Below, one piece after another: positions 1 to 9,325 of a DNA stretch of 64,000 bases. Below the pieces are notes generated by a model, which was not told the DNA's origin, did no database searches, and saw only the letters and a list, made by a program, of their open reading frames with translations. Source of the DNA: Flavobacteriales bacterium (GTDB lineage Bacteria > Bacteroidota > Bacteroidia > Flavobacteriales > UBA7430). Every line of letters starts with the position of its first letter. Within the stretch, counting starts at the first letter, position 1. The stretch covers positions 1,511 through 65,510 of the forward strand of contig JAKMFX010000027.1 in the NCBI GenBank assembly GCA_022425195.1. The letters are read 5' to 3'. The translations under genes were made by a program, and so were the position numbers.

Positions 1-393
1 CAAGCCAACCTTCATGAGCACATCTTTGGCTTTCGCATTGCGTTCATTCTTTCCGTAACCGGCATATATAAGTGGTAATGCAACATTTTCTAAGGCAGTC
101 AATCTGGGTAATAAATTGAAGGTTTGAAACACAAACCCTATTTCTTTATTACGAATTTGAGCCAAACGATCATCATTCAACAGACTTACATTCGTCCCAT
201 TTAAATGATAAGTACCGGCAGTAGGCGTATCCAAACAACCCAAAAGATTCATTAGGGTAGACTTACCACTTCCAGAAGGGCCCATCATGGCGAGATATTC
301 GTTTTTCGAAACAGAAACATCTAAACCCTTCAAAGCTCTTACAGTTTCACTTCCTACCTTAAATTCTCTTTTTAATCCTAAAATATCAATCAT
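1..393 (-). CDS. ABC transporter ATP-binding protein (MacB/LolD/FtsE-like); C-terminal part lies outside the window
   Basis: Hand translation from ATG at 393: MIDILGLKREFKVGSETVRALKGLDVSVSKNEYLAMMGPSGSGKSTLMNLLGCLDTPTAGTYHLNG... Walker A is GPSGSGKST. The frame stays open to position 1, so it is missing from the ORF track. Confidence 0.85.
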   Translation of the reverse strand, partial: MIDILGLKREFKVGSETVRALKGLDVSVSKNEYLAMMGPSGSGKSTLMNLLGCLDTPTAGTYHLNGTNVSLLNDDRLAQIRNKEIGFVFQTFNLLPRLTALENVALPLIYAGYGKNERNAKAKDVLMKVGL

Positions 394-402
394 GCTTTAA
401 TG

Positions 403-583
403 GGTACTTTACTTTTGGTAATGGTATTGTGTGCTAGGTACTTGGTATTAGGCACTTTGTACCTGGTACTTGGTACTTGGTATTGAGTACTTTGTAGCTG
501 TACTTGCTAATTTTCACTCTAATCTTGGTGCTTTCTACTTCATTCTTGGTACTTGATACCTGGTACTTTAATCTTGACTCCTT
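403..583. repeat. Degenerate 7-bp tandem array, consensus GTACTTG (about 26 units)
   Basis: Exact GTACTTG at 438, 466, 473, 500 and 549. Most neighbouring units differ from the consensus by 1-4 nt. There is one 1-nt register slip near 500. Stop codons occur in all frames. Confidence 0.8.
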
Positions 584-604
584 GAACAAATCTCTACATC
601 AAAC

Positions 605-1225
605 TCAACGCATCTTCACCACAAAATGCTGTTTGGCTTGATTTTTATTCAACAGCAAGATACCAAATTGAAATAAGTCTATTGAAATAGAAACCATATT
701 TAAGCGACATAAATCCCTCCAAACGCAGTCTTTATCCTTATCATCATGCGGTTTGTAAATAATTACACATTTGTAATCAGAAATCTCAGCCGCGGTATGT
801 GCATCAATTTCATCCAAATAAATTAAATCGGTCTTTTGATTTTCCAATACGGAAATATCTAACTGTTTAAAGATTCCTCTTTCATATTCTGAAAAACGTT
901 GAAGTGATAAAACCGATAATTCCTTTTGACAACTGGGAACAGACAAAGCAAGAGACACAGGGAAACTTGCAGACGGAATACAAACGGAATGAGGTTGATA
1001 AAATGCAGCCCAACGATACAGGAAAACTGCATTCCTTTCCGAAATCAAAGATGAATAAGGGGAGATGAGCTCTCGAAATTGTTTGAAAAAATAATACTCT
1101 TTTTGACTGGAAATGACTTCGTTGTAGAGATCAAAAAGAAAAGGGGAATGTAATCCGTGTGCGTTTTTAGCCTTCCAATGATAAGTGATATAGACCCGTA
1201 TTTGAAAAAGAAGATGAGTTAACAT
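605..1225 (-). CDS. Conserved hypothetical protein, methyltransferase-like family (function uncertain)
   Basis: ORF 605..1261 trimmed to ATG 1225, because the TTG at 1261 would overlap the upstream gene. N-terminal HGLHSPFLFDL and C-terminal IDLFQFGILLL..QAKQHFVVK resemble, from memory, a Bacteroidota family annotated as class I SAM-dependent methyltransferases. The glycine-rich SAM motif is not recognisable here. Confidence 0.45.
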   Translation of the reverse strand: MLTHLLFQIRVYITYHWKAKNAHGLHSPFLFDLYNEVISSQKEYYFFKQFRELISPYSSLISERNAVFLYRWAAFYQPHSVCIPSASFPVSLALSVPSCQKELSVLSLQRFSEYERGIFKQLDISVLENQKTDLIYLDEIDAHTAAEISDYKCVIIYKPHDDKDKDCVWRDLCRLNMVSISIDLFQFGILLLNKNQAKQHFVVKMR

Positions 1226-1233
1226 AACAAGAA

Positions 1234-3093
1234 CTAAACAAACTCGGCTAACTCCATCCAACGATTGGTTTTAATCGCAATCTCATCATCAATTTCTTTG
1301 ATACGTATCCCTAAACCTTTCACCTTTTCTGCATCTAGCTCCATGTTATTGAACTGTTCACCAATCTCTATTTTCTCTTGTTCAAGGTCATCAATCATCG
1401 ACTCAATGGTGTCATACTCCTTTTTCTCGTTGTAGGTCAATTTTCGTTTCTCTTGGGGAGCTTTATCCACAGTAATTCCTGTTTGTTCAGCCTTTACTTG
1501 GTTGGAACGCACATTAGAAGAAACACTGGATCTGTAATCAGTATAGTTACCCGGGAAATCTTTGACTTGGCCTTCTCCCTCAAAAACAAAAAGGTGGTCG
1601 ACCAAGCGATCCATAAAATATCGGTCGTGAGAAACCGTTATCATACATCCTTGAAATTCATCCAAAAAATCTTCTAACACCTTAAGTGTGATCAAGTCCA
1701 AATCATTCGTCGGCTCATCTAGGATTAAAAAATTTGGATTTTTCATCAAGATGGTCAGTAAGTACAATCTCTTTTTCTCACCACCACTAAGTACCGAAAC
1801 GTGTTTCCATTGTGCATCTTTAGAGAATAAAAAACGCTCCAACAATTGTGCAGCGGTCATCTTTCTACCTCCCACCAAGGGAATGTACTCTGCAATGTCA
1901 CGCACAATTTCTATAACACGTTTTCCCTCATCCATGTTCATTCCACTCTGTGTGTAATAACCAATAACAACCGTATCTCCAAGTATAATTTTCCCTGCAT
2001 CAATAGGTTCAGAGCCCGTTAACATATTCAACACAGTTGTTTTTCCAACACCATTCTTACCCACTATACCTATGCGGTCTCGCTTTTTAAAAGTGTAGGT
2101 AAACTGATCGAGAATCTTTAGTTCGCCGTATGCTTTTGACACCTTGTGCAGTTCTAATATTTTAGACCCCAAACGCGTCATCTGTATCTCAAGTTGAACC
2201 TTGTCGTTTTTAATTCTCTGTTTTGCAGATTTCTCTACCTCATAAAAACTTTCAATACGGGCTTTGGATTTTGTCCCTCTGGCCTTGGGTTGTCTTCGCA
2301 TCCACTCCAGCTCTTTAGAGTATAGATTCTTGGCTTTATCAATATTGGTTTGTAAGATGGCCTGCCGCTCTTCTTTCTTTTCGAGGTAATAGGTATAATT
2401 CCCTTTATAACGGTAAAGAGCGCCTTCTTCCAGTTCAAGGATTTCATTACAAATGGCATCTAAGAAATAACGATCGTGAGTCACAATAAAGAGCGTTACT
2501 TGCTCTTTAGTCAAATATTCCTGCAACCATTCAATCATTTCTAGATCAAGATGATTGGTAGGTTCATCAAGGATTAAGAAGTCGGGCTGTTCAATTAAAA
2601 TCTTAGCTAGAGAAAGTCTTTTTCTCTGACCTCCAGAGAGCACTGATACTTCTTGCTTCAAATCATCCAGTTTCAATTTGGACAAAATCGTTTTCACCTT
2701 AACCTCATAATCCCAAGCTTCCAGCTGATCCATAGAGTCAAAAGCCTTTTGGAAAGCACTCGCATCGTCAGGATTTAATAATGCCGCTTCATAGGATCTA
2801 ATGGCTAAAAGCATAGGATTTTCAGACTCATAGATAGCTTCAAATACTGTTTTTGCCTCTCCAAAATCAGACTCTTGTTGTAAAAAAGCAATTTGAACTC
2901 CTTTACGGTAAACAATCTCTCCAGTGTCTGCTGGCTCCACACCTGCTAAGGCCCTTAATATGGTTGTTTTTCCCGTACCATTTCTAGCGACCAATGCGAC
3001 TTTCTGACCTTGATCGATTCCAAAGTTCAAACCCTTGAAAAGCGTCTGAATCCCATATGACTTCCCTAAATCTTGTACTGATAAATAATTCAT
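1234..3093 (-). CDS. ABC-F family ATPase (two ABC cassettes, no membrane domain)
   Basis: Walker A motifs ARNGTGKTT and GKNGVGKTT. Signature motifs LSGGQRKRL and LSGGEKKRL. Charged C-terminal tail. Confidence 0.9.
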   Translation of the reverse strand: MNYLSVQDLGKSYGIQTLFKGLNFGIDQGQKVALVARNGTGKTTILRALAGVEPADTGEIVYRKGVQIAFLQQESDFGEAKTVFEAIYESENPMLLAIRSYEAALLNPDDASAFQKAFDSMDQLEAWDYEVKVKTILSKLKLDDLKQEVSVLSGGQRKRLSLAKILIEQPDFLILDEPTNHLDLEMIEWLQEYLTKEQVTLFIVTHDRYFLDAICNEILELEEGALYRYKGNYTYYLEKKEERQAILQTNIDKAKNLYSKELEWMRRQPKARGTKSKARIESFYEVEKSAKQRIKNDKVQLEIQMTRLGSKILELHKVSKAYGELKILDQFTYTFKKRDRIGIVGKNGVGKTTVLNMLTGSEPIDAGKIILGDTVVIGYYTQSGMNMDEGKRVIEIVRDIAEYIPLVGGRKMTAAQLLERFLFSKDAQWKHVSVLSGGEKKRLYLLTILMKNPNFLILDEPTNDLDLITLKVLEDFLDEFQGCMITVSHDRYFMDRLVDHLFVFEGEGQVKDFPGNYTDYRSSVSSNVRSNQVKAEQTGITVDKAPQEKRKLTYNEKKEYDTIESMIDDLEQEKIEIGEQFNNMELDAEKVKGLGIRIKEIDDEIAIKTNRWMELAEFV

Positions 3094-3136
3094 ATTGTGT
3101 GTAGCGTGCGGTAAATAGCACTAGGCTTCTAATGTG

Positions 3137-4102
3137 TTAATAATACTCATCCTTTAACAAGTAATTCCCCACATAGTCAGCAACCCCTTCTTCTAAAGTG
3201 TGAAAAGAATTTTCATACCCGACCCCTTTTAGTTTACTCATATTGGCCTGAGTGAAGTATTGATATTTATCTCTAATGTCAATGGGTGTATCTACAAAGC
3301 TTATCTCTTCTTTGACTGCCATACCCTTAAAGGTAGCCTTTGCTAAATCCAAAAAGGCTCTAGCATCTCCAGTTCCCAAGTTGTACAAGCCAGAATCCTT
3401 ACGATGATGTAAGAAGAAATACAATACGGAAACCACATCTTTTATATAAATGAAATCCCTCAATTGCATCCCATCTTCAAAGTTAGGATTGTGTGAACGA
3501 AATAATTTCATGGCACCGGTTTCCCCTACCTGCTTAAAAGTATGATAAACCACCGAAGCCATTCTACTTTTATGATACTCATTAGGGCCATATACATTGA
3601 AGAATTTAATCCCTGCCCAAAAATAGGGCTGTCGTTCCTGAGCCAATGCCCACTTATCAAAATCATTTTTTGAATCTCCATAGGGATTCAAAGGTATCAG
3701 TTGGTCAACGACTTCATGAGTGTCTTCATAACCTAACTCTCCCAACCCATAGGTGGCGGCTGATGAAGCATATAATAGTGGAATACCATAATCGATACAG
3801 GCATTCCACATCTTCTTTGAATAATTAAGATTTAATTTATCAAAAATCTCTACATCAAATTCACTGGTATCTGTGCGAGCACCCAGGTGGAATATGAATT
3901 GAACCAAATGCTCGTTTTCATCTAACCAGTTGAAAAAATCATCTCGATGAACTTTTTCTGAGTAAATTTTCCCTTCGAGATTTTTGTTCTTATCATCCCT
4001 TGAAAAGTCATCAACCAAAATGATGTCTTTGAAGTTCTCTTGGTTCAACTTGGAAACCATACAAGAACCTATAAAGCCTGCAGCGCCTGTAACTACGATC
4101 AT
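3137..4102 (-). CDS. hldD: ADP-L-glycero-D-manno-heptose 6-epimerase-like NAD-dependent epimerase
   Basis: [10 protein letters not shown] Rossmann motif. [25 protein letters not shown] and YQYFTQA blocks match E. coli RfaD/HldD as I recall it. Confidence 0.7.
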   Translation of the reverse strand: MIVVTGAAGFIGSCMVSKLNQENFKDIILVDDFSRDDKNKNLEGKIYSEKVHRDDFFNWLDENEHLVQFIFHLGARTDTSEFDVEIFDKLNLNYSKKMWNACIDYGIPLLYASSAATYGLGELGYEDTHEVVDQLIPLNPYGDSKNDFDKWALAQERQPYFWAGIKFFNVYGPNEYHKSRMASVVYHTFKQVGETGAMKLFRSHNPNFEDGMQLRDFIYIKDVVSVLYFFLHHRKDSGLYNLGTGDARAFLDLAKATFKGMAVKEEISFVDTPIDIRDKYQYFTQANMSKLKGVGYENSFHTLEEGVADYVGNYLLKDEYY

Positions 4103-6153
4103 AATTTTTTATTCATCAATTCAAATGCCTTTTCTGTGTCTTCAGTGGGAATTTGGCACACCTTATTTTCACAAACAAAGATACGTGTTTGACCTTTGCT
4201 AAAACGATTTTCTAGTAGGGGAAGTTTACTCGGACTTTTACTTCCACAAATCATCTTATTTGGAAGGTAATCCGCGTGGAACTCTAATGACTTTTTCAGA
4301 GCTTCTTCACCAACAATTGCCACTTCATAAAATGGATAGATCTGATTCATTAATAAGTTCAACCAATTGGAGTATCCAGAAGGATAATTATGAATATCTC
4401 CAATAACATTGTTCAACATCTGATTGGCTTTTGCATGATAATCTTCTCTCCCAAAATGATGCCCTAACAAAAACAAATTATTTGCCATCACAGAATTTGA
4501 AGCGGGAATCACATTATCATTTACTTCCATTTTTCTTGCGATCAATGCTGGATCTTCATCAGAAGTAAAAAAGAACATTCCCGAAACTCCATCTTGAAAA
4601 TGCTTAATGGAATACTCCATCAGTGTCCCAGCTTGATTTAGCCATAAGGCATCAAACGTTGCCTCATATAGTTTCAAAAATCCTTCAATGACAAAGGCAT
4701 AATCTTCCAAATAACCATTAATGGTAGAACGCCCCTCTTTGTATGAGTGATTTAAACCCCCATCTTTTCGAAGTTGCTTGGTAAGGATAAATTGAGCATT
4801 GGCTAAAGCCAAATCTAAAAAGTGTTGCTCACCAAATGTCAAATAAGCATCAACACAACCTTTTAGCATCAAACCATTCCAGGAGGTTAAAGTCTTATCA
4901 TCCAAACCAGGTCGAACTCTCTTAGCTCTCGTTTCCATTAACACCCGCTCACATGCGGCTATTTTTAATTTCAATTCTTTTGGAGTAAGGTGGTGCCTCT
5001 CCGCCACTACAACATCAGGATCGGATCTCAATAAGATGTAATTACCATGCTCCCAATACCCTGTAGTGTTGACGTTGTAATAATCTGCAAAAACGTCATA
5101 ATCAATAGTCAACAAAGAAGTCAACTCCTCTTTTTTCCAAACATAAAACTTCCCCTCCTCTCCTTCACTATCGGCATCTAAAGCGGAGTAAAAAGCCCCT
5201 TCCTCGGAGCGTAATTCTCGCTCCACAAAAGCAAGAGTCCCGTAGACTAAATTCTTGTAATCTTCATTTTTAAACTTCTGATAGGCTTCACAGTACAAGC
5301 TTACTATTTGTCCGTTATCGTAGAGCATCTTCTCAAAATGAGGCACTTTCCATAGATGATCTGTGGAATAACGAGTCATCCCACCCCCCAAATGATCATA
5401 AATGCCCCCGTAGGCAATTTTATCAAGGCTTAGCTTTACATAGTCTAGTGCATCTTGATGAGCACCTAAATGTGCATACCTTAGTAAACATTGATAATTA
5501 TTCGGGATTGGGAATTTAGGTGATCTATCAGGTCCCCCATCTACAAAATCAAACTCTTTAGCCCAAGAGCGGTAGACCTCATCCAAATGAGATTTACCAA
5601 AGTGATTTTTTTGCTCATTCAATTCGACCTTTTCACTCTGCTGAACGCCATGAGTCAACCTTTGAGCATAATCGAGGGCTTTCTCCAAGTTTTGCTCATA
5701 AAAATCTGCAATGGTATTGATCTGCTCTATCCACTGATCTCTCCTAAAGTACGTACCCCCCCATATCGGTTTTCCGTCCGGCAATACGATACAATTTAAA
5801 GGCCAACCCCCTCTACCCGTCATCAATTGTACCGCATTCATATAGATTTGATCTACATCAGGCCGTTCTTCTCTATCGACTTTTACATTTACAAAACGAC
5901 CATTCATCACTTTGGAAGCCAAATCATCTTCAAAACTCTCATGTTCCATGACATGACACCAATGACAAGCAGAATAACCAATACTCACAATAACTAATTT
6001 ATTCTCTGCCTTTGCTTTTACAAATGCCTCATCACCCCATGGAAACCAATCTACTGGATTGTATGCATGTTGAAGTAAATAGGGAGAGGTTTCGTCTATT
6101 AATCGATTGCTTTGTTTCTTCTTCATGATTTTTTTGATTGTGACTGTACGCAT
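4099..6153 (-). CDS. Thioredoxin-domain protein of the YyaL/DUF255 type (thioredoxin-like N-terminus plus alpha/alpha-toroid domain)
   Basis: [18 protein letters not shown] and [14 protein letters not shown] motifs. 4-nt overlap with hldD. An alternative start is ATG 6126 (MKKKQSNRL). Confidence 0.85.
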   Translation of the reverse strand: MRTVTIKKIMKKKQSNRLIDETSPYLLQHAYNPVDWFPWGDEAFVKAKAENKLVIVSIGYSACHWCHVMEHESFEDDLASKVMNGRFVNVKVDREERPDVDQIYMNAVQLMTGRGGWPLNCIVLPDGKPIWGGTYFRRDQWIEQINTIADFYEQNLEKALDYAQRLTHGVQQSEKVELNEQKNHFGKSHLDEVYRSWAKEFDFVDGGPDRSPKFPIPNNYQCLLRYAHLGAHQDALDYVKLSLDKIAYGGIYDHLGGGMTRYSTDHLWKVPHFEKMLYDNGQIVSLYCEAYQKFKNEDYKNLVYGTLAFVERELRSEEGAFYSALDADSEGEEGKFYVWKKEELTSLLTIDYDVFADYYNVNTTGYWEHGNYILLRSDPDVVVAERHHLTPKELKLKIAACERVLMETRAKRVRPGLDDKTLTSWNGLMLKGCVDAYLTFGEQHFLDLALANAQFILTKQLRKDGGLNHSYKEGRSTINGYLEDYAFVIEGFLKLYEATFDALWLNQAGTLMEYSIKHFQDGVSGMFFFTSDEDPALIARKMEVNDNVIPASNSVMANNLFLLGHHFGREDYHAKANQMLNNVIGDIHNYPSGYSNWLNLLMNQIYPFYEVAIVGEEALKKSLEFHADYLPNKMICGSKSPSKLPLLENRFSKGQTRIFVCENKVCQIPTEDTEKAFELMNKKL

Positions 6154-6171
6154 GAAGGCTGGAGGCCCTAA

Positions 6172-6999
6172 TCAGATAAATAATAGGTTTTCTGAAGATT
6201 TCACATGACCCTTAGCCAACATAAAATCATACATTTTTTCTACAGCTTCTTTGCCTTTTTCGCCCAGAGATAAGCTGTAATCATTAACGTACAAATCAAT
6301 ATGCTTACGCATGACATCCTCATTCATTTCTTGAGCATTAGCACGCACAAAAGCAGAGCTATCCATAGGATTTTCAAAGGCATAAGAAATACTTTTGCGA
6401 ATGAGTCTCTGCACTTTATGTTGAATGTCTCTGTCTAAACTTCTATCTATAGCAATTCCTCCAAGAGGAATAGGTGTGTTTGTTTCTTGTTCCCAATAAG
6501 CTCCTAAATCACTCACTTTTTCAAAGCCACGATCCGAATACGTAAACCGATTTTCATGTATGATCAATCCCGCTTTTACTTCATTCTCTCTAACGGCAGA
6601 TTCAATATCAGAGAACAGCATTTCTTTTTTGTGCTGAAGACTAGGGAATGCAAAATTTAAAAGAAAATTTGCGGTCGTATACTTTCCGGGTATGGCGATT
6701 AAGTCTTCTGACAAAGGATTTGAATCGCCCTGATTTTTTATAAGCAAGGGCCCACAGTTCCTTCCTAAAGCCGATCCTGAATCCATCATAACATAAGTCT
6801 TCAAAACATGAAAAAATGCGTGATAGCTCAATTTTGTAATGGCCAAATCACCTCGAAAAGCTCTTTGGTTGAGCTCTTCAACATCTGCCATTATTACTTC
6901 AAATTTGAGCCCCTCAGTATCAATCTTATCATGAATTAAAGCATCGAAGATAAAGGTGTCGTTAGGACAAGGAGAAAATCCGATTTTCATCTTTTTCAT
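6172..6999 (-). CDS. mqnD: 1,4-dihydroxy-6-naphthoate synthase (futalosine pathway)
   Basis: N-terminus MKIGFSPCPNDTFIFDALIH is the MqnD hallmark. 4-nt overlap with the upstream mqnB-like gene. Confidence 0.85.
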   Translation of the reverse strand: MKKMKIGFSPCPNDTFIFDALIHDKIDTEGLKFEVIMADVEELNQRAFRGDLAITKLSYHAFFHVLKTYVMMDSGSALGRNCGPLLIKNQGDSNPLSEDLIAIPGKYTTANFLLNFAFPSLQHKKEMLFSDIESAVRENEVKAGLIIHENRFTYSDRGFEKVSDLGAYWEQETNTPIPLGGIAIDRSLDRDIQHKVQRLIRKSISYAFENPMDSSAFVRANAQEMNEDVMRKHIDLYVNDYSLSLGEKGKEAVEKMYDFMLAKGHVKSSENLLFI

Positions 7000-7664
7000 G
7001 AGGAGAGTAGTTTCACAATTTCATCATTTAAATTCTTCACTGCAGAAGGAATATCCCAATTGGCTTTATTTCTTCGCTCCACATAATTGGAAATAGCACG
7101 TATTTGAATGCATGGTACCTGAGCCATTTTACAGGCGAAAAAAAATGCAGCACCCTCCATAGTTTCGACCTGTGGATTTAGGCGTTGTCTAATTTTTTCG
7201 ATTTCATCTTCGGATCCATGAACCGTATTTACCGTTATTGCACGTAACTTTGGATAGGGTAAGTCTAATAAATTCTGACGATTCCTCAATACAGCATTCT
7301 TCATTGACAGATCATTACTCAAATCAAAACCTAATTCCGAAAGGGGAATGAATTCATTTCCGTCCTGAACACCCAACTCTGAAAACTGGTCTTCAACAAT
7401 TTCTACAACTTTACCCAGAGGAATCGAGGTATCAAAAGAGCCTGCAATGCCTACATTGATAACTCGATCATAAGTTCCAGAAACCAATACCCTCCCTAAA
7501 TGATATGAAGTAGCTACCATACCTACTCCAGTAAATAACACGTCAAAAGTATGACCGGCTATTTTATATGTCTCCAAAAAAGAATCAATAATTCGGAGCT
7601 TTTCTGCTCTTTTTAAAATTGGATTTAACTCCATTGGAGTCGCGGATACGACAAGTGTTTTCAT
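6996..7664 (-). CDS. mqnB: Futalosine hydrolase (nucleoside phosphorylase fold)
   Basis: About 220 aa with PNP/MTAN-like blocks GVGMVATSY and ETMEGAAFFFAC. Translationally coupled to mqnD. Confidence 0.7.
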   Translation of the reverse strand: MKTLVVSATPMELNPILKRAEKLRIIDSFLETYKIAGHTFDVLFTGVGMVATSYHLGRVLVSGTYDRVINVGIAGSFDTSIPLGKVVEIVEDQFSELGVQDGNEFIPLSELGFDLSNDLSMKNAVLRNRQNLLDLPYPKLRAITVNTVHGSEDEIEKIRQRLNPQVETMEGAAFFFACKMAQVPCIQIRAISNYVERRNKANWDIPSAVKNLNDEIVKLLSS

Positions 7665-7668
7665 AAGT

Positions 7669-7676
7669 CAAAGATA
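7669..7676 (-). promoter_or_regulatory. Candidate -7 box TATCTTTG, 4 nt upstream of the mqnB ATG (leaderless geometry)
   Basis: Plus strand CAAAGATA gives minus strand TATCTTTG, which matches TAnnTTTG. No -33 TTTG was seen. Confidence 0.3.
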
Positions 7677-7846
7677 AAGAATAGTTACGGGTTGTCGTTT
7701 TTTAGATCACGAGTTTTATTTGTTTTGAAAATCACAGCATATGCGCCTCGTTTTAGAGGATATAAAAACCTGCACCTGAACATAAAAAGCACTTTATTAT
7801 AGATTCAACGACTGGAATAATGTGCTTTCTTAGAAGCAAAATTGAT

Positions 7847-7854
7847 TATATTTG
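7847..7854 (+). promoter_or_regulatory. Candidate -7 box TATATTTG for the PTPS/queD gene
   Basis: Exact TAnnTTTG 23 nt upstream of ATG 7878. It lies inside the TTG-extended ORF-track model, which argues for the ATG start. Confidence 0.35.
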
Positions 7855-7877
7855 CACGGTTAAATTCAGAAATAAAG

Positions 7878-8291
7878 ATGGTTTACATCACAAGAAGAGA
7901 GCGCTTTTGCTCAGCACATAAATTGTACAATCCCGAGTGGGATGCTGCCAAAAATGAAGAAGTATTTGGGCCCTGCTCTAACGAGCACTGGCACGGACAC
8001 AATTTCATACTCTTCGTTACGGTTAAAGGCAAAGTGAATCCTGACACAGGATTTGTGGTTAACCTGAAGGATCTGAGCCCACTCATCAAAGAAAAAGTAG
8101 TCGACAAGCTCGACCACAAAAACATCAATTTAGATGTGGACTTTATGCACGGTAAAAGAGCCTCTACAGAAGTATTGGCCATGGAAATTTGGAAACAGCT
8201 ATACGCTCCAGTGAAAGCAATTGGTGTAGAGCTTCACCGTATCAAAATTCAAGAGACGGAAAACAACTCCGCAGAATATTTTGGAGAATAA
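7878..8291 (+). CDS. queD: 6-carboxytetrahydropterin / 6-pyruvoyl-tetrahydropterin synthase (COG0720), eukaryote-PTPS-like sequence
   Basis: FCSAHKL, GPCSNEHWHGHNF, LDHKNINLDV and C-terminal ETENNSAEYFGE blocks. Start moved from TTG 7842 to ATG 7878. Confidence 0.8.
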   Translation: MVYITRRERFCSAHKLYNPEWDAAKNEEVFGPCSNEHWHGHNFILFVTVKGKVNPDTGFVVNLKDLSPLIKEKVVDKLDHKNINLDVDFMHGKRASTEVLAMEIWKQLYAPVKAIGVELHRIKIQETENNSAEYFGE

Positions 8292-8369
8292 ATCAAGGAA
8301 TCATCTAGACAAATACTCCGCCTTAATAGGCCTAAGTAACAAGAACACAACCAAGCTGAAAAAGCAACT

Positions 8370-9251
8370 ATGAAAGCATACGTTTTCCCTGGACAAGGAG
8401 CTCAATTCACAGGAATGGGCAAAGACCTTTACGAAGCTTCGCAAGAAGCAAAAGAATTATTCGAACAAGCCAATAAAATTTTAGGTTTCCGAATTACTGA
8501 CATTATGTTTGATGGTGAAGCCGAACAACTCAAGCAAACCAAAGTAACTCAACCTGCGATTTTCTTGCATTCAACCATCCTTGCTAAGCTATTGGGAAGC
8601 AACTTTCAACCAGAAATGGTTGCTGGTCATTCGTTAGGCGAGATATCTGCACTTACAGCAGCCGGAGTATTGGCCTTTGAAGACGGTTTAAAATTGGTTT
8701 CTAAAAGAGCGCTGGCCATGCAAGCAGCTTGTGAGGCTGAACCCTCTACCATGGCCGCTATTTTGGGCTTAGAAAACGAAGTCGTTGAAGACATCTGTGG
8801 GAAAATTGATGGCATTGTGGTCGCTGCAAATTACAACTGTCCGGGGCAACTTGTAATTTCAGGTGCTGTTGATGCAGTAAATGAAGCCTGTGAACAACTA
8901 ACTGAAGCTGGAGCGCGAAGAGCATTAGTTCTTCCCGTAGGAGGAGCTTTTCATTCCCCTTTAATGGAGCCCGCTCGAGCGGAACTGGCAAATGCCATTG
9001 AGGCAACAACCTTTAACACTCCGATATGTCCGGTGTATCAGAATGTAACAGCCTCTGCAATCACAAGCCCTGATGATATTAAAAAAAATCTGGTTGCTCA
9101 ATTGACAGCTCCTGTTCGATGGACGCAAACCATGCAGCAAATGATCTCTGACGGCGTCTCTAGCTTCACTGAAGTCGGCCCCGGAAAAGTACTTCAAGGA
9201 CTGGTAAAAAAAGTAGATCGGAAAATGCCAACAGAATCGGCTGAAATCTAA
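8370..9251 (+). CDS. fabD: Malonyl-CoA:ACP transacylase
   Basis: FPGQGAQ N-terminus and GHSLGE active-site serine motif. Length 293 aa. Confidence 0.95.
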   Translation: MKAYVFPGQGAQFTGMGKDLYEASQEAKELFEQANKILGFRITDIMFDGEAEQLKQTKVTQPAIFLHSTILAKLLGSNFQPEMVAGHSLGEISALTAAGVLAFEDGLKLVSKRALAMQAACEAEPSTMAAILGLENEVVEDICGKIDGIVVAANYNCPGQLVISGAVDAVNEACEQLTEAGARRALVLPVGGAFHSPLMEPARAELANAIEATTFNTPICPVYQNVTASAITSPDDIKKNLVAQLTAPVRWTQTMQQMISDGVSSFTEVGPGKVLQGLVKKVDRKMPTESAEI

Positions 9252-9280
9252 AAAGAAGCTCTTCGGAGCTTCTTTTTTTT
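9252..9280. terminator. Bidirectional rho-independent terminator between convergent fabD and rfbB
   Basis: AAGAAGCTC-TTCG-GAGCTTCTT stem-loop, flanked by an A-run on one side and a T-run on the other. Confidence 0.8.
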
Positions 9281-9325
9281 ATCGATACAGTAGTCAACTG
9301 TGGAGATTAGACCCTATCTCTTCTG

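Noticed and set aside
403-583. Whether the repeat array could be a CRISPR array or a remnant coding repeat.
   Set aside because: The period is 7 nt with no unique spacers, so it is not CRISPR. All six frames have frequent stops, and the downstream ABC frame hits TAA two codons upstream of its ATG, so it is not coding.
7786-7828. Imperfect hairpin (AAAGCAC...GTGCTTT plus TTATT/AATAA) in the mqnB/queD divergent region. It could be a terminator-like end of a small RNA.
   Set aside because: There is no upstream gene or promoter box for which it could terminate, and the stem is bulged and AT-rich. I could not support an ncRNA call from sequence alone.
7842-7877. Upstream TTG/GTG-extended starts in the ORF track: 7842 for queD, 46613 for lpxK, 55799 for rlmB, 49293 for the TlpA-like gene, 1261 and 10676 for the two small hypotheticals.
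   Set aside because: The extensions add non-conserved residues and overlap the upstream gene or a predicted -7 box. Downstream ATGs reproduce the family N-termini.
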